A stretch of 63,862 nucleotides of DNA, counting the filler, from Hyphochytrium catenoides (Eukaryota; Protista; Hyphochytriomycota): assembly GCA_900088475.1 (NCBI GenBank). It is 14 parts of 14 records of this genome, joined end to end, with 100 filler letters (N's around TTAATTAATTAA, not from the genome) between each part and the next. Parts side by side here need not be neighbours in the genome. Positions count along the whole stretch, not along the records: positions 1 to 10,431 come from FLMG01000684.1; positions 10,532 to 17,931 come from FLMG01004252.1; 12 more parts are not named here. The stretch is one strand, 5' to 3'. The position numbers were made by a program, and so were the translations under genes. Positions 1 through 12,526 of the stretch are shown one piece after another (position 1 is the first letter of the stretch; each line of letters opens with the position of its first letter). The notes beneath the pieces are model-generated. The model did no database searches. It was given only the letters and a program-made list of their open reading frames with translations, and was not told the DNA's origin.

Positions 1-257
1 CAAATGAGAAGGACCAGGAGAGACTAAGAATAAGATAAGCACACGCTCATGTGCGAGAGATAAAGCGAAGAACGATGAGAGACGCAAGAGAGAAAGAGCA
101 CAAGGTTTACGCCAGCGAGAAAGAGCACAAGGTTCTCTCTCTGAACACGGCGGAGAAGAGACGTTATGAGGCCGCCCATGGTCCCGCGAGAAGAAATTGA
201 TACATAGGCGCCGAAGAAAAGGGCCGTCAGCGAGATGAAAGAAAGAAAAAAGCTGAC

Positions 258-1080
258 CAAGCTCCATGTCGAAGCGTTCTTCTTCTCCATAGCCCTGAGA
301 GGTGCAGCGGACAGCCTTAAAATCAAAGGAGTGTGAGAGAGCGAGAGAGAGGACAAAAGAGCAACCAATTATTCTCCAAGAAAGGAGAGAGAGACAAAAG
401 GCGGAGCTTGACATCTTCCCATAGCGGCTCGGGGAACCGAAGATCGTGAGAAAAGAGAAAGAAAAGAAAGTGTAGAATACAGAGAAAGATAGATGAAGAG
501 TGAAGGAAAGGAGAGAAGGAGAGTCAAAGAGAGAGAGAGGTGCCGTTGGAGGATACCTCGTAGGGCAATCATGGCGCCAAAGAGAGACAGACAGAAGGAA
601 TGAGTGAGTCACGGAGAAAGAAAGAGAGAACGAGCGAGAGAGAGAGAGGGAGAACCAGCGAGGAGAGAGAGAGAGAAAACGAGAGAGATGAGAAAGAGAG
701 ACGCTATCATACTGGAACAGTACAATGAGAGAAATGCTCTCTCAAGAAGTCAAAGTTCGGCTCTAAGGGTCCAGTTCTCCACTCTTTCCAGGAGCGCCAC
801 TTGTTACCAAGGCCCGTGATCAGGACCTGGAAAGAAGAGAACGATAATGGAGCGTGACAGAGAGCAACATTCAGGTTATCAGATAGAGAAACAGAGATAG
901 GAGAGGACAAGGATTCTCCCGTAAGAAGCCGATAAAGGGAGAAAGATGCAGAACGGAGGAGATGCTGAACCGCCTTCAGAAAGAAGCCAGAAAGAGGGAG
1001 CTGGAAAGAAAGAGGAAGAGAAAGGGGTGGAGAGAGAGAACAAGAGAGACAGAGAGAGATGAAGAATAACAAAAAAAAAT

Positions 1081-1112
<32 letters not shown>

Positions 1113-1862
1113 AGAGGGAGAAGCCGCATAGATAGGCCAGTGCTTAGGAGAGACTTAGGAGGTGAAGTCAAGATAGAGCACGTGAAGGCCGAAGTCGGAG
1201 GGAGAGAAAGGAGACATGGCAGCTCTATTAGTACCGGCTTGTTTGGCTTAAGGTAGGACCTGAAAAATGTTTCATAGGTCAGATCTAAGAGAGAGCATTC
1301 GACGTAGCGCGAGGGTGCGAGGCAGAGAGAGAAAGAAAGAGAGAAGAGGCAAGAGAGAGAGTGAGAGAGAGAGAGAGAAAGCGAGTGAGCGCGAGAGACG
1401 GTCAGAGACAAGAGGGGAAACAAAGATAAAGGAGGAAGGTGAGGGAAGGAAAACGGATATTCTGCGCTTGGCGGCGAGAGAGAGGAAGAGAAAGAAGAGA
1501 GAGGGTCGCACGCAAGAGAGAGAGAGAGAGCCAGCAGATGACATGACCCCTGAAGCGTCATACAAAATCCCCAGCAAGAGAAGTGCTAAGGGACCTTAGA
1601 CCCCAAGAAGATCCAGACGACAAAGTCACTACGAAGGGAAAACGGGAGAGAAAAAGAGAGACAGAAGAATGAGAAGAAGAGAGAGGGGAGAGAGAGAGAG
1701 AGAGACAGACGGGACAAGCGAAAGGCAAAAAGAATGGGAAGAGGTTGAAAGAGACTCTGGTGGGAGCTCAGCGAGCGGTCCACGCCACTCACTTTCTGCG
1801 GCCACGATGTCAACGTCAAGGCCCGTGGCCGCCTCTTCTCTCTTTCTTTCCTTTTCGTCCAT
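258..1862 (-). CDS. JMJD4: JmjC-domain protein, JMJD4-like (N-terminal exons; 3' part runs off the window)
   Basis: GT-AG exons ~1862-1793, 1284-1235, ~827-713 and 315-258 splice in frame to MDEKERKREEAATGLDVDIVAAENLTYETFFRSYLKPNKPVLITGLGNKWRSWKEW...PNFDFLREHFSHCTVPAVRCTSQGYGEEERFDMEL. This resembles the JMJD4 N-terminus (F..YL.PN.P...W....W...PNFD.L...F...VP). The JmjC HxD..H core is not in the window. Confidence 0.75.
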
Positions 1863-2362
1863 AGTGCAGGCGCCTTAGGCGTCAATGTAGTGCCTGAGCC
1901 ACTCTCTCCATCTCCGGCAACAATCTTCCCCCCAAAAGGAAAGCCCTACTGTCTCTCTCTTTTCGTTTTTTTCTTCTCTCGCCTCACACTCCTCTCTTTC
2001 TCTCTCTTTCTCTCTCTTTCTCTCTCTCTCTCTCCTCACTCTCTCTGTCTCTCAATGAGGTGCCCGAGCTCGACACCTCAGCTCGTATCAGCAGCGTTGC
2101 TTACTGCTCTGTTGGGACTCCCATCATGTCCTTTCTTCTGCTCTATCTCTTGGAGAAGGTGGCGCATGCACTGACATGGCGCTCGATGGGAAGTACCGGA
2201 GACACGCCGAGGTGAAAGACAGAGAAAGAGAAACGCTAACTATGCGTGCGAGGCAGGTGTGAAGGCAAGAGGCAATAAGGATTGATGGGGGGAGAGGGGG
2301 AGAGAGCACGAGAGAGGACAAAGAGACAGGAGGAAGAGAGAGAGTGAGAGAAAGAGAAGAAG

Positions 2363-2420
<58 letters not shown>

Positions 2421-3006
2421 GAGAGAAAAAAGGATAGAGAGAGACATCAGAATCCTCACCCGATGAAATACGTCAAAATAAGGTCAGGGTCTCGATATCT
2501 AATTCATCAAAGCCCTGTCCGTTACACCTTACAGAGTTAAAAGTCTCTTGAGTACACCTTAAAAGACTGCAACCAAATTTATATGCGGCAATGTAAGGGT
2601 AGCGGTCAATAGAAAGAGCTTCGTTTCAAAAAATTCTTCCTCTTCTTCTCTGACTCTTCGCCCTGTGACGCACTTCCTCCCTCTCTTCTTCACTCTCTCT
2701 CTTTTCTCTCTTCTCTCTCCTTGTCTCTCTCTCTCCTTCGCTTCTCAATCTCTTTCCGTCATCCGAGCCTTCGTCGCCTCGGCAAGTTTCCGCTAGCTCT
2801 CTCCCTCTCTCTGTCTCTTTCTCTGTCTTTCTCTCTCGCTGCAGCCTTATCTTGAGCACTCCTGCTCAAACTCACACTGATTGACCAGCAGCATCGGATC
2901 GACCTCTTGTTTCGTCCAGACCCGTCGAAGGTGCAGGCGGGGAGAGAGAGACTCAGGAAAGAAAGAGGAGCTAATAGAAGAAGGCAAAGTGCGCAGCAGA
3001 TGGCTG

Positions 3007-3329
3007 ATGGATGATGATCTCAAGAGACAGAGTGTGGTTCCCACGGTGAAGGCTCTTCTATCATCTGTCTCTTTCCTGACAATTTCTCTGATCCTCACTC
3101 TGTCTTGCACGGGCTGCCTCGGTGATCTCTCTTTAGGGCTCCGTCGTCCGCCAGCGGCTTGACTCCTTTTTTGACGAAGAAACGCTGAGAAAGGAACTGA
3201 AAGCTTGCTTCCAGCACTTTGATCAAGGCGATAAAGGTTCTCTTCCTTCTTTCGGTTGCGAATCCTCTGACACCTGATCCATGGACTCATCATCTTCTTC
3301 TCTTTCTCTCTCTGTCTCTCTGTCTCTTC

Positions 3330-3379
<50 letters not shown>

Positions 3380-5234
3380 CTCTCTCTGCCTCTCAGGCTT
3401 TTTGGACTATAAGGACCTAAAGTGCGCCACTGTCGCTCTCTTGGGAATCAACCCTTCTAAGGTGAGCAAGCCCCAGGGACTGCGGAAGGAAAGGAAGCTA
3501 ATGAGAAACAGACAGGACACGCGGGGAGTCTAAAAGTGAAACAGACATGAGATTCATGGAAGCAGGAGAGGAACAGGATGGCTACAGAGAAGGAGAAAAG
3601 ACAGAGAACCCGGGAGCCACATCAGCATAGAATTCGAGCGAGGGGCAGAGAGAAAAGGAAAACTAAGCGGAGACAAAGTGCTACACGGAGGGAGGAAAGG
3701 AGGAACAATGGAGAGAAAGAGAATGAGAGGAGAAAGGGAGGGATGGAGAGGTAGATCGAAGGCTCACAGCAGGTGGCAGGCACTGTTACACCGCTGCAAT
3801 AACCTCCAAAGAAAAGGCGAGGCCTTTGTTGGTGACTCTCTCTCTCTCTCTCCCTCTCTCTGTCCTCTCTCTCCCTCTTGCTTTCAGTCTATGCTCCTCA
3901 ATTACTTCGGCGGAGTGAGTCAGACCAGCTTCCACCAGAACGAAGCACTAACAGTTCCGGACAGGGAGCACAAGAGAAACGAGACATTGTCCATCTCTTG
4001 GGGTTATGATCTGAAGGCCCAGATAAGTAAGCTTACCTCGACAAGAGAGTGAGAGAGAGAGAGAGAAAGGTCAGGAAAGAGCATATCCGTGGAAGAAAAG
4101 CTCAAGAGAGGCACAGAACAAGAGAGATGACATGCGGAGAAATGGAGCAGGAAAGGGGAAAAGAGGAAAGTGAGAAATGGACCCCCTCTTTACCTCACGC
4201 TGTTGCTTTCAGAAAAGCTGCGCGTCTATCCTTCTGGGTTCGAGGAAGCAATGGTGGCCAAGATGCAGGAGAGAGAGCCCTATGAAGATATAAAGACAGC
4301 CTTTCAAGCGCTCGATCTCATGGCTGATGGGTTTGTCTCTGAACTGGAACTGCAAAAGGTGACAGTGCTGCCACCTGCTGTAAACGTTCCATCTTCTCTC
4401 CTCTCTCTCCGTTTCTCTCTCTCTCTGTTTCCCTCTCTCTCTCTATCTCTCTCTCTCTTCTTTTTCTCTTCGTCTTCAATCTTTCTTTCTCTCTCCTCTC
4501 TCTCAGATTTTTATCCCTAGTTCTTTCTCGCTCGACTCTTCCCTCCCTTAATACTCTTACAGGGAATTTACTATCTTCCTTCTTAGCTCTTCAGAAGCTC
4601 AGTTGCTACTATTATCTCTTCTCTCTAGCCCTTGTCTTTGGGTCTTGTCCTCATGATCCTTCTGCTATTTCCTTCGTCGCTTCGTCCCACATCCTATCAC
4701 TGGCCTGCCTTTTCTCCACAGTTCCTCTCCCTCTGAAAGGCATAATATCCCACGCATCCTCTTCTCTTACGCTCTGTCCACAACTTCTCTCTCTCTTTCT
4801 AGATTATGAAGGATGTGTGCAGCGCCGTCCCTCCCGATGTTGTCACCGACATATTCAAAGAGCTTGACCCCGACAATGATGGACGGGTAAACTTCAGATA
4901 CATGTCTCTCTCTGAAACGCACTTTCTCTGTCCGTTATCTCACTGTCTTTTTTGTCTCTGGTTCAGTCCCACTTCCTCCTCTCGAGCTCTGCTCTCATTG
5001 GAAGTGAGCTATCCTTCCAGCATAGATGCCGTCCCTGTTGGCCAGCGGCTCTGTTAATCCTCTTTACATATTATGACCACCTTCCTCTCCCTCTCCCTCT
5101 CTCCTCCGTTGCTGGGTTTCCTGTCGCACTCGATCGTCACTCTCTTTCGTCCCGCTATACCGTTCTAGGTGTCTCTCTTCGACTTTAGAGAGCTGGTCCT
5201 CTACTATCAAAGGCACTTCTCCCAATGCGGATAA
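3007..5234 (+). CDS. EFCAB11: EF-hand calcium-binding protein, EFCAB11-like (multi-exon)
   Basis: Exons give ...ELKACFQHFDQGDKGFLDYKDLKCATVALLGINPSK... EDIKTAFQALDLMADGFVSELELQK IMKDVCSAVPPDVVTDIFKELDPDNDGR VSLFDFRELVLYYQRHFSQCG*. There are three EF-hand-like loops and the G.xPSK motif typical of EFCAB11. Phase of one internal exon (~3888-4030) is unresolved. Confidence 0.78.
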
Positions 5235-6057
5235 GAAAGGACTGCACTTAGAAGATGACACCAAATTGCACCATTTTAGTTGAAGCCGAGCCTATATACT
5301 TCATAGAAACCAGCAGGAGAAAGACTTGGGGAATGGAAAGGGTTGACAATGGGAGGAGAGCTCGCCTGAAGCTAGAGGCTGAAGCGAGATCGGTCGCGTT
5401 ATCGCCCTCTTCCTTTCAGTGATTTTTGATCCACGATGGACGAAGGACGTCTCGCCTTGCTACCAGCATAGTTTCCCAGTTAAACTCGCCGTACCCTATT
5501 CTTTCTCATGTTATCCCTCTCTTTCTCTTTACCGTCAACCTTCAATCTGACTCAATCTTCTCATTTGCTGTGGCAGAGGAGGAGCTCCTTCAGGCTATTT
5601 CTCCCTGCCACTGAAGTGCCGTTGCTTCTTAGACAACCTTCACTCGAGGGTGAGCTTCAGTTAGGTTGTGCCAGGACCAAAAACCCCTAGTAGAATGGAC
5701 ACACTGCCCAGACATAGCCGCTCTGCCTGTAGATCTGGGTGTGGCTTCCACTACCTTTGAACGTTGAGGGCGGTCAGCAAGGGAAACCACTGTCGTTTCC
5801 GACCTTGAACGAGAAGCTACAGCTGCCGCAGGCCAATTCAGCTTCGCCACGTGAGATGTACAGAGTCAACACGTAAACTCCTTTAAAAGGCACCCGCCTA
5901 CACTTCAGACTAAGCTGACAGGCAACTCGCAATCAGAGAGGCGCTTCTTGATAAACGGCATTGCGCCTTTTCCTTTTTAACCCCGTTGTCCGTGGTTGGC
6001 GCCTACACTGTTTCTTCGAGTGTTTGGGCTTGAGTATGTCTAGATCTTGACTCTTAC

Positions 6058-7044
6058 TCAGTCATCCTCCGTGCCATTGCCCCAGAATCCCCTACCTGTG
6101 CGGCTTGGGGCATTGAGGTCAAGGATGCCCAAGTTGAAAGATCTCCCAAAGATGACATTGTCGTCTTCTACCTCCTGCGGCCGCGCCTGGTTCTTCACCA
6201 TTGTCGTCGGCGCCCTAAACTCATAGGAAATGCCTCTGGCAGTTATCTTCTTTTGCAAGAAGTAGCCCCCAATGCCTCCTGCCACCGTGATGCTTAGGAT
6301 GACCCACTGCGTGGCTGGTATCTGTATGTCTCCGTCTGCAGAAAGCTCTGATGCATTTTCAATGGTAAACTTAGTCCAAGAGCGCCCGGAATAATAAACA
6401 ATAGCAGATACAAAGAAGTTCGCTGGCACGATGGCCGTACAGAAGATAATGAAGTCTGTCTTTGACTTCAATACGCCCATCAGCACCGCGAATAGCGTGC
6501 CAAAAGACAGCTCTGCCACGTAGGCCACGATATCAGCGTATGTAGGCTTGATCATCCACAGAAAGCTTACGGTCATGAGGTTGCCCAGTAGTGCACCGGT
6601 GCCAAAGGCGAACATCACGACGCCTCCAATCGGCACGACGTAGGAGATAATAGCGACGGTTGTAGCTGTCAACAATTTAATTAGAATGCTCCACCAGGTG
6701 TCCTGCACCTGCATGTAAAGAAGCTCTCCTGCTCGGGCAGAGGCAAGCTCGCTGTCGTCAGCGAGATAGCTCTCTAACGCGGTCTCTGCGAGGGCATAGG
6801 CCATTAGAAAAGTCCCCAGAATCACTGTCAAGCGGAGAAACTTGAAGCCGAAGGGCCAGCAGAAGACGCTGAAGGCGATGACAACGGCTGCGAAAATGTC
6901 CTGGCTAAGTCGTCGCTTCAGGAAGCGGACGCTCCCATCGGTTGCACCAGATGGCGGTGTTAGCTCTGCTGTCGTTTCCTCATCAGCCATTAGGACGGTA
7001 AATCTAGACAAGAGACAGAGTGCTAGAAGAAGAAATGTTGCCAT
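6058..7044 (-). CDS. Multi-pass membrane protein, TMEM198/TM7SF3 (DUF4203)-like; intronless, with signal peptide
   Basis: 371-aa ORF (6058..7173). The likely start MATFLLLALCLLS is followed by about 7 hydrophobic segments. FCWPFGFKFLRLTVILGTFL resembles the DUF4203 'C.FG.R.F....F..GF' motif. Confidence 0.7.
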   Translation of the reverse strand: MATFLLLALCLLSRFTVLMADEETTAELTPPSGATDGSVRFLKRRLSQDIFAAVVIAFSVFCWPFGFKFLRLTVILGTFLMAYALAETALESYLADDSELASARAGELLYMQVQDTWWSILIKLLTATTVAIISYVVPIGGVVMFAFGTGALLGNLMTVSFLWMIKPTYADIVAYVAELSFGTLFAVLMGVLKSKTDFIIFCTAIVPANFFVSAIVYYSGRSWTKFTIENASELSADGDIQIPATQWVILSITVAGGIGGYFLQKKITARGISYEFRAPTTMVKNQARPQEVEDDNVIFGRSFNLGILDLNAPSRTGRGFWGNGTEDD

Positions 7045-7834
7045 TTTGGGATTGAAACCCAACTTGGCAGTCGAAGGAGGAGTCATCTCGCCCGCCTGTG
7101 TAGACAGAGATGCCTCAGTGAAGACCGGCTTTGCCCAGAGGGAATACTCTGCCACTCCAGAACGGAGTGTCATACTCTGCGCATAGGAGAAGGTGAGCCT
7201 CTCAAGAGTCGACCTGTCAATGCTCGCATCTCAGCCGCTGGTTGGACCCCTCAGGCCCCTGAGAAAGACAGGTGCTAGACGGCCCGACAATCCTTAGACT
7301 GACAGACAGTGGAAGTAGGACGAGAAAACGCTTATCGGCTTTGTACACCTTCTGGGCCCTTTTCAACTAGTTAGTCTCTTTGCGCTCGAGGTCGCCAAGT
7401 CTAAGTCTCGATAAGGTCCTCCGCAAAGCTCTGTCTAATCTTCATGAAAGGCCGATGCTGCGGGTGTTGAAGAACACGGCGCGCTTCGCATCTAGTGCGC
7501 GCTCTGACTCTACTGAGACTAGTATATTCTTAGGTACTTCCATATCTCTCTGAATCTACGTTGATTGCCTGGGACTCTCTTGTGCTGATCGCTTTTGTTT
7601 TATCAGATGGAGGGGATTCCAGCATAATCTTCATGTGCGTTGTACTTGTAACTCTTGAACAAATTGTGCAGTAGTGGATAGCCGGTACCGGCTGTCACTG
7701 GGGCTTGATAATCGATAGAACTGATAATCACTGGAGGGCCAGTACTGTTTTACGATGAAGCGTCACGAGGAGGGAGAAGTGAGGAAGGGTGGAGGAGAGA
7801 GAGGAGAGAGCATCCTTCTTCGTTCCTTTCTCTT

Positions 7835-7902
<68 letters not shown>

Positions 7903-8297
7903 CCTCTCTCTGTCTCTCTTCTCTCTTGATTTTTTATTTTCTTTCTCCCTCCTCTCTTTCCGCGTGCCTCTCTCGGGATCCACTTTGACACCATCTCTTC
8001 TCTCTCTCACACACGCATTTGCCGTTCTCGCTTGTTATGCTGCTGATGAGACGCCTTATCTCTCCTCCGTTGGTTGAACGGCGTCTTTCTGAGTTCTACT
8101 TCCTCCCTCCTCTTTCTGAGTATCATCGATCACTCAGTGATTATCTTGGGGAAGAAGGGAACAGAGAAATAGTAGAAGAGAGAGGCAGAGAGAGCACATA
8201 GGGGAAGAGAGAAGCAAAGAGAGAAGAAGGAAAAGAGAGCAGGAATTGAGAGGATGAGTGGCTCTTGATAAAAAGGTTTGCTGGCGGCTGAGCTCTC

Positions 8298-8688
8298 ATG
8301 CAGCTGGCCGCAGAGGAGAGAGCTCTTCGGGACCGAAGAGTGAAGAGAAGACCGAGCAAAAGAAATCCTCTTCCTCCTCTCTCAGTCTGCGAACAGAGTC
8401 AGAAAAACGATGTGGAAGGCTCAGAATCAGAGGTGGTCCTTCGTGATCCTGGTCTTAGGTAAGGAGAGAGGAAAGAGGAAATGAGAGAGGCGGCGGGAGA
8501 GAAAAAGAAAGAGAGAGCGTCTCCGTGCCCGTTTCCAGTTCATTTGCTCTATTCTTTGTTTCCTCTCTCACCTTGTTTCCACCTTCCTTCTCCCTCTTTA
8601 TCTCTCTCTCCTACGCGCTCTCTTTCCTCTCCTCCCTCTCTCTCTCTGTCTCTCTCTCTCTCTTTTTTGTTGTCTCTCTCTTTTTCTC

Positions 8689-8734
<46 letters not shown>

Positions 8735-9681
8735 TTCCTTTCTCCATCCCTCTCCCTCTCTCCATCCCTCTCCTTCTGCCCTCTTTTTCTCTCTGCCTCC
8801 ACCGCCTCTCTCTCCTTTCTTTCTCTCTAACCACTCTCTCCGCTTTATCTCTTTCCAACTAACTCCTTGCCACGTATCGCTTACCCTCTGTTCCCAGAGG
8901 TTATCCTAACTTGTTCTGTCTTGCCCGCTCCCTCTCCGTCCCCTTGTCTCTCTCTCCTTTGGTGTGTGTGTCTCTCTCTTTTCCTCTAGGAAACTCCTTC
9001 TGGAGGTTCGGAACGGAGAAACATGTCTTGACTTTCGATCTTTAGTCTCCGCGTTGTCCGCCGCGGACTTCTGGACGATCCTTAGGGCCTCCAAGGGATG
9101 CACAGCAATTTATCTGAACGGATGGCAGCATCTCACAGGGGTAACACTCTTTTTTATTCTTTCTCTCTCTCTCTTCCTCTCTCTCTCCCCATAACTCCGA
9201 GCACGCTACTTCCTGAACTCTCCCTCACTCCTGCTGTCTTAGGCACCTAGAGCTTTTCCCTCTGTCACTCTCATAGAGATGCGCTCAATCTTCTCCCTTT
9301 CTTCTCTTTCTCTCTCTCTCTCTCTCTCTCGTTCTCTTTCTCTCTCTCTCCTCGTTCCCAGGTGCTCCTTCGCAGTTTGGCCATCTCCTTTGGCAATGTT
9401 CTGCAGGTTCTGGACCTGTCGGCCACGCTCTTGGACGATCAGATGCTGAGGGCAGCGGCTGCACAGTTCTACCAGCTCCACACCTTCAACATGCGAGACT
9501 GCAAACTGGTCTCTCTCTCTCTCTCTCTGCCCTCTTGCTCTTATCTGCCGTTGTTCTCAATCTCTCATTCTCGTTCTGACTCCTCTCTCCCACTCTTTCT
9601 TCTTCCTTCTCTCGCTCTGTGTGTCTCTGCTCAGCTTGGACTCTCAGTCCCCCTTTTCTTTCTTTTCTTTTTCTCTGTACC

Positions 9682-9723
<42 letters not shown>

Positions 9724-10168
9724 AATCTTTACATCCCTTTCCTTTCCTCTCTCCCTCTTGCCCTCCTACCACGGAGACATGCCGAGCTCATCCACCTTGC
9801 TCTTTGCTCTCTTCAGTACCCTCGCTGGCCACCTTCACATCTCTAGAGTCACTCTCCCACTTACACTTGTTCCGTTTTGCCCGTCTCTCTCTTTCTCTCA
9901 TTCCCTCTCTCTCTCTCATACGCTCTCTCTCTCTCTCTCTTACGCACTCTCTCTCTCTCTCTGGCTGCAGGTGACAAATCAGTCAATGGATGCTGTCGTT
10001 CTAGGCTTCGGACCCACTCTCCGCCGCCTGGACATCTCTGCCTGTCCTCAGCTGGACTCGGACGCGCTGGGACTGCTGGCGGGCTGTGTCGGTGTCAGGG
10101 GCTACGGCTGCACAGCGCTAGAGTCTCTCGATGCAGAGGACTTTCCCCGATTGAAGGACGCGGCTTTG
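8298..10168 (+). CDS. Leucine-rich-repeat protein (FBXL/AMN1-type cysteine-containing LRRs), 3'-truncated by contig end
   Basis: Exons 8298-8458, ~8989-9140, ~9362-9508 and 9971-10168 carry repeats such as LQVLDLSATLLDD, LHTFNMRDCKLVTN, LRRLDISACPQLDS and LESLDAEDFPRLKD. Confidence 0.72.
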
Positions 10169-10188
10169 GTATGAGAGCGAGAGAGAGT

Positions 10189-10229
<41 letters not shown>

Positions 10230-10431
10230 TAAAGACTTACAATGTGGAAGACAGCGAAGACTTACAGAGAGAGGAAAGAGAGAGGTAGAGAGAGCGAGTA
10301 CGAGGAGGAGGAAGAGAAGAGAGAGTCCCGGAGAAGTGAGAGAAGGAGGGCAGGAAAGAAATTTGACAGACACCTTCAGAGAGGTAGTGTGAGCTAAATA
10401 GCAGAGGAGCGACGGAAGACACGAAAGAGAG

Positions 10432-10531
10432 NNNNNNNNNNNNNNNNNNNNNNNNNNNNNNNNNNNNNNNNNNNNTTAATTAATTAANNNNNNNNNNNNN
10501 NNNNNNNNNNNNNNNNNNNNNNNNNNNNNNN
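10432..10531. other. Artificial contig-joining spacer N44-TTAATTAATTAA-N44 (first of 13)
   Basis: Identical 100-bp spacers occur at 10432, 17932, 22260, 24342, 36454, 42167, 44535, 48201, 51581, 53676, 56884, 59724 and 61456. The 12-mer places stops in all six frames. Confidence 0.97.
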
Positions 10532-11450
10532 GAGGGAGAGGCAGAGAGAGAAGAGACGGTGAGAGGGCAGAAGTGGTAAGCAGAGAGGAGACGCAAACGC
10601 TGCCGCAGACAGAGAAGGCAAATTAGAAGAAAAGCGTGGAACAAAAAGAGCAGAAGAAGAGAAAAAAAGAGAGTGCATCGCCTCTACATGTCAGCCAGGA
10701 GATGAAGAGGATCAAGTGCCGAAGGGAATGACCTTACCTGCGGTGGAGGAAGAGCATCGTGCTTCACTGCGGCTGAAGAGAGAGAAAGAGAGAGAGAGAA
10801 GAGAGAGAGAGAAGAGAGAGAGGGAGAGAGAGAGAGAGAAAACAAAAAGCGCGGAGAGAAGAACCGGAGAGTGAAGCAGAAGAGAGACAAGACAAGAAGT
10901 AGCAGGGAACTTCCGATGTCAGGCCATGCTCTCAGCACTGAACTCTCTCTCTCTCTCTTTCCCGCTATGCCCTGAAGTCTAGGAGTCAGACACGATAGTT
11001 CTACCTGCAGAAAGGCTTCACACTGCTGCTGGAACAGAGAAGAAGAGATGCTGGGAGAAGAAGTGAAACAGGAAAAACGACCGGCAATCGGGAGAGAAGC
11101 TGTTGTGGGAGCAAGCGGGCTAGTGGGACAAGAGAAGAGAATAGAGAGAGAGAGAGAGAGAGANNNNNNNNNNNNNNNNNGAGCAGTGATGATCCCCCAA
11201 AAAGGCAGGCAACTTACACAGGAACAAAAAGAGTTTGATGTCCACATGCAACCTCCCAACTTCGGAGTATTTCACAGACGGTAACGGGCGCTCCTCCGCT
11301 TTTTTGAGGCTTCCTTAGCCCGTTACTTTCTTCCTTTCTCAGGCTCATTGGAGCTTGGCACGTCTCTCTTCCCACTCTCTCTCTCCTCTTCCCTATTCTT
11401 TCTCTCTCTCCCTCTCCCTCTCTCTCTCTAAATCTCTCTCTCTCNNNNNN

Positions 11451-11489
<39 letters not shown>

Positions 11490-11616
11490 TCTCTCTCTCT
11501 CAATCCCTCTCTCTCTCAATCTCTCAATCTCTTTGCCTGACGACACTGTTTTGCTTTCTCTGTCTCTCCTTCCTTTCTGTCTCTCCTTGCTCTCGCTCTC
11601 TTCTCTTACTTTACTT

Positions 11617-11655
<39 letters not shown>

Positions 11656-12088
11656 GTCACTCTACTATTTGCCTCGCGGTACTTTCTCGCTATCTGTTTC
11701 TCCCTCTCTCTCTCTGATTCTCTCTGTCTCGTTAACTCTCTTTCTCTTTCTGGTGCTTCCTCTAATTTGTTCTCTCCCTCTCTTCTTTCTTCCAAACTCC
11801 CTCCCTCAGCCTCTTCCCTGCACCTNNNNNNNNNNNNNNNNNNNNNNNNNNNNNNNNNNNNNNNNNNNNNNNNNNNNNNNNNNNNNNNNNNNNNNNNNNN
11901 NNNNNNNNNNNNNNNNNNNNNNNNNNNNNNNNNNNNNNNCTCTAATTACGAGCATCCAAATATCCTTCTCATCAAGGTCTACTAACCCTTGCATCTCTTT
12001 CCCCGGCAACATCACCGATAAATGCATTCTGCAGAGCGCTAAACTGCAAAACATACACTCTCTCTCTGTCTCTCTCTGTCTCTGTCTG

Positions 12089-12144
<56 letters not shown>

Positions 12145-12271
12145 CCCCTCTGTCGCACTTTGCATCCCAGTTAGATCTCTTCCAGGCGGTTTAGTTAGGG
12201 GGCTGTCTCTGCCTTTGAAAGAGTCTCTTCTTCTCCTCCCTCTGAGTGCCCGGCCATCGCCTTCTTCTCTC

Positions 12272-12306
<35 letters not shown>

Positions 12307-12526
12307 TGTACCTCAGTCCATAGCTAGTTATCTTCTCTTCTTCTCTACTCCTCGCCCATAACATCCTTATTTCTTTCTCCGCATTTTATCTCCCCACTTC
12401 TCTCTCTATCCCTCACTTTCCTCTCTCTCTCTCTTTTTCTCTCTCTCTCTCACTCTCTATCACTCTCTCTCTCTCTCTGCTCTTCCCCAATTCCTCTCTC
12501 CCTCGCCCTCTCTCCTCCTCCTAACC

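Noticed and set aside
4884-4905. Apparent non-canonical donor after DGRVNFR in the EF-hand gene
   Set aside because: A canonical CGG|GTAAAC donor splices to AG|GTGTCT at 5169, giving DGRVSLFDF and completing the EF-hand.
10476-10487. Recurring TTAATTAATTAA as a biological motif or CRISPR-like repeat
   Set aside because: It is always centred in exactly 44+44 Ns, so it is an assembly linker.
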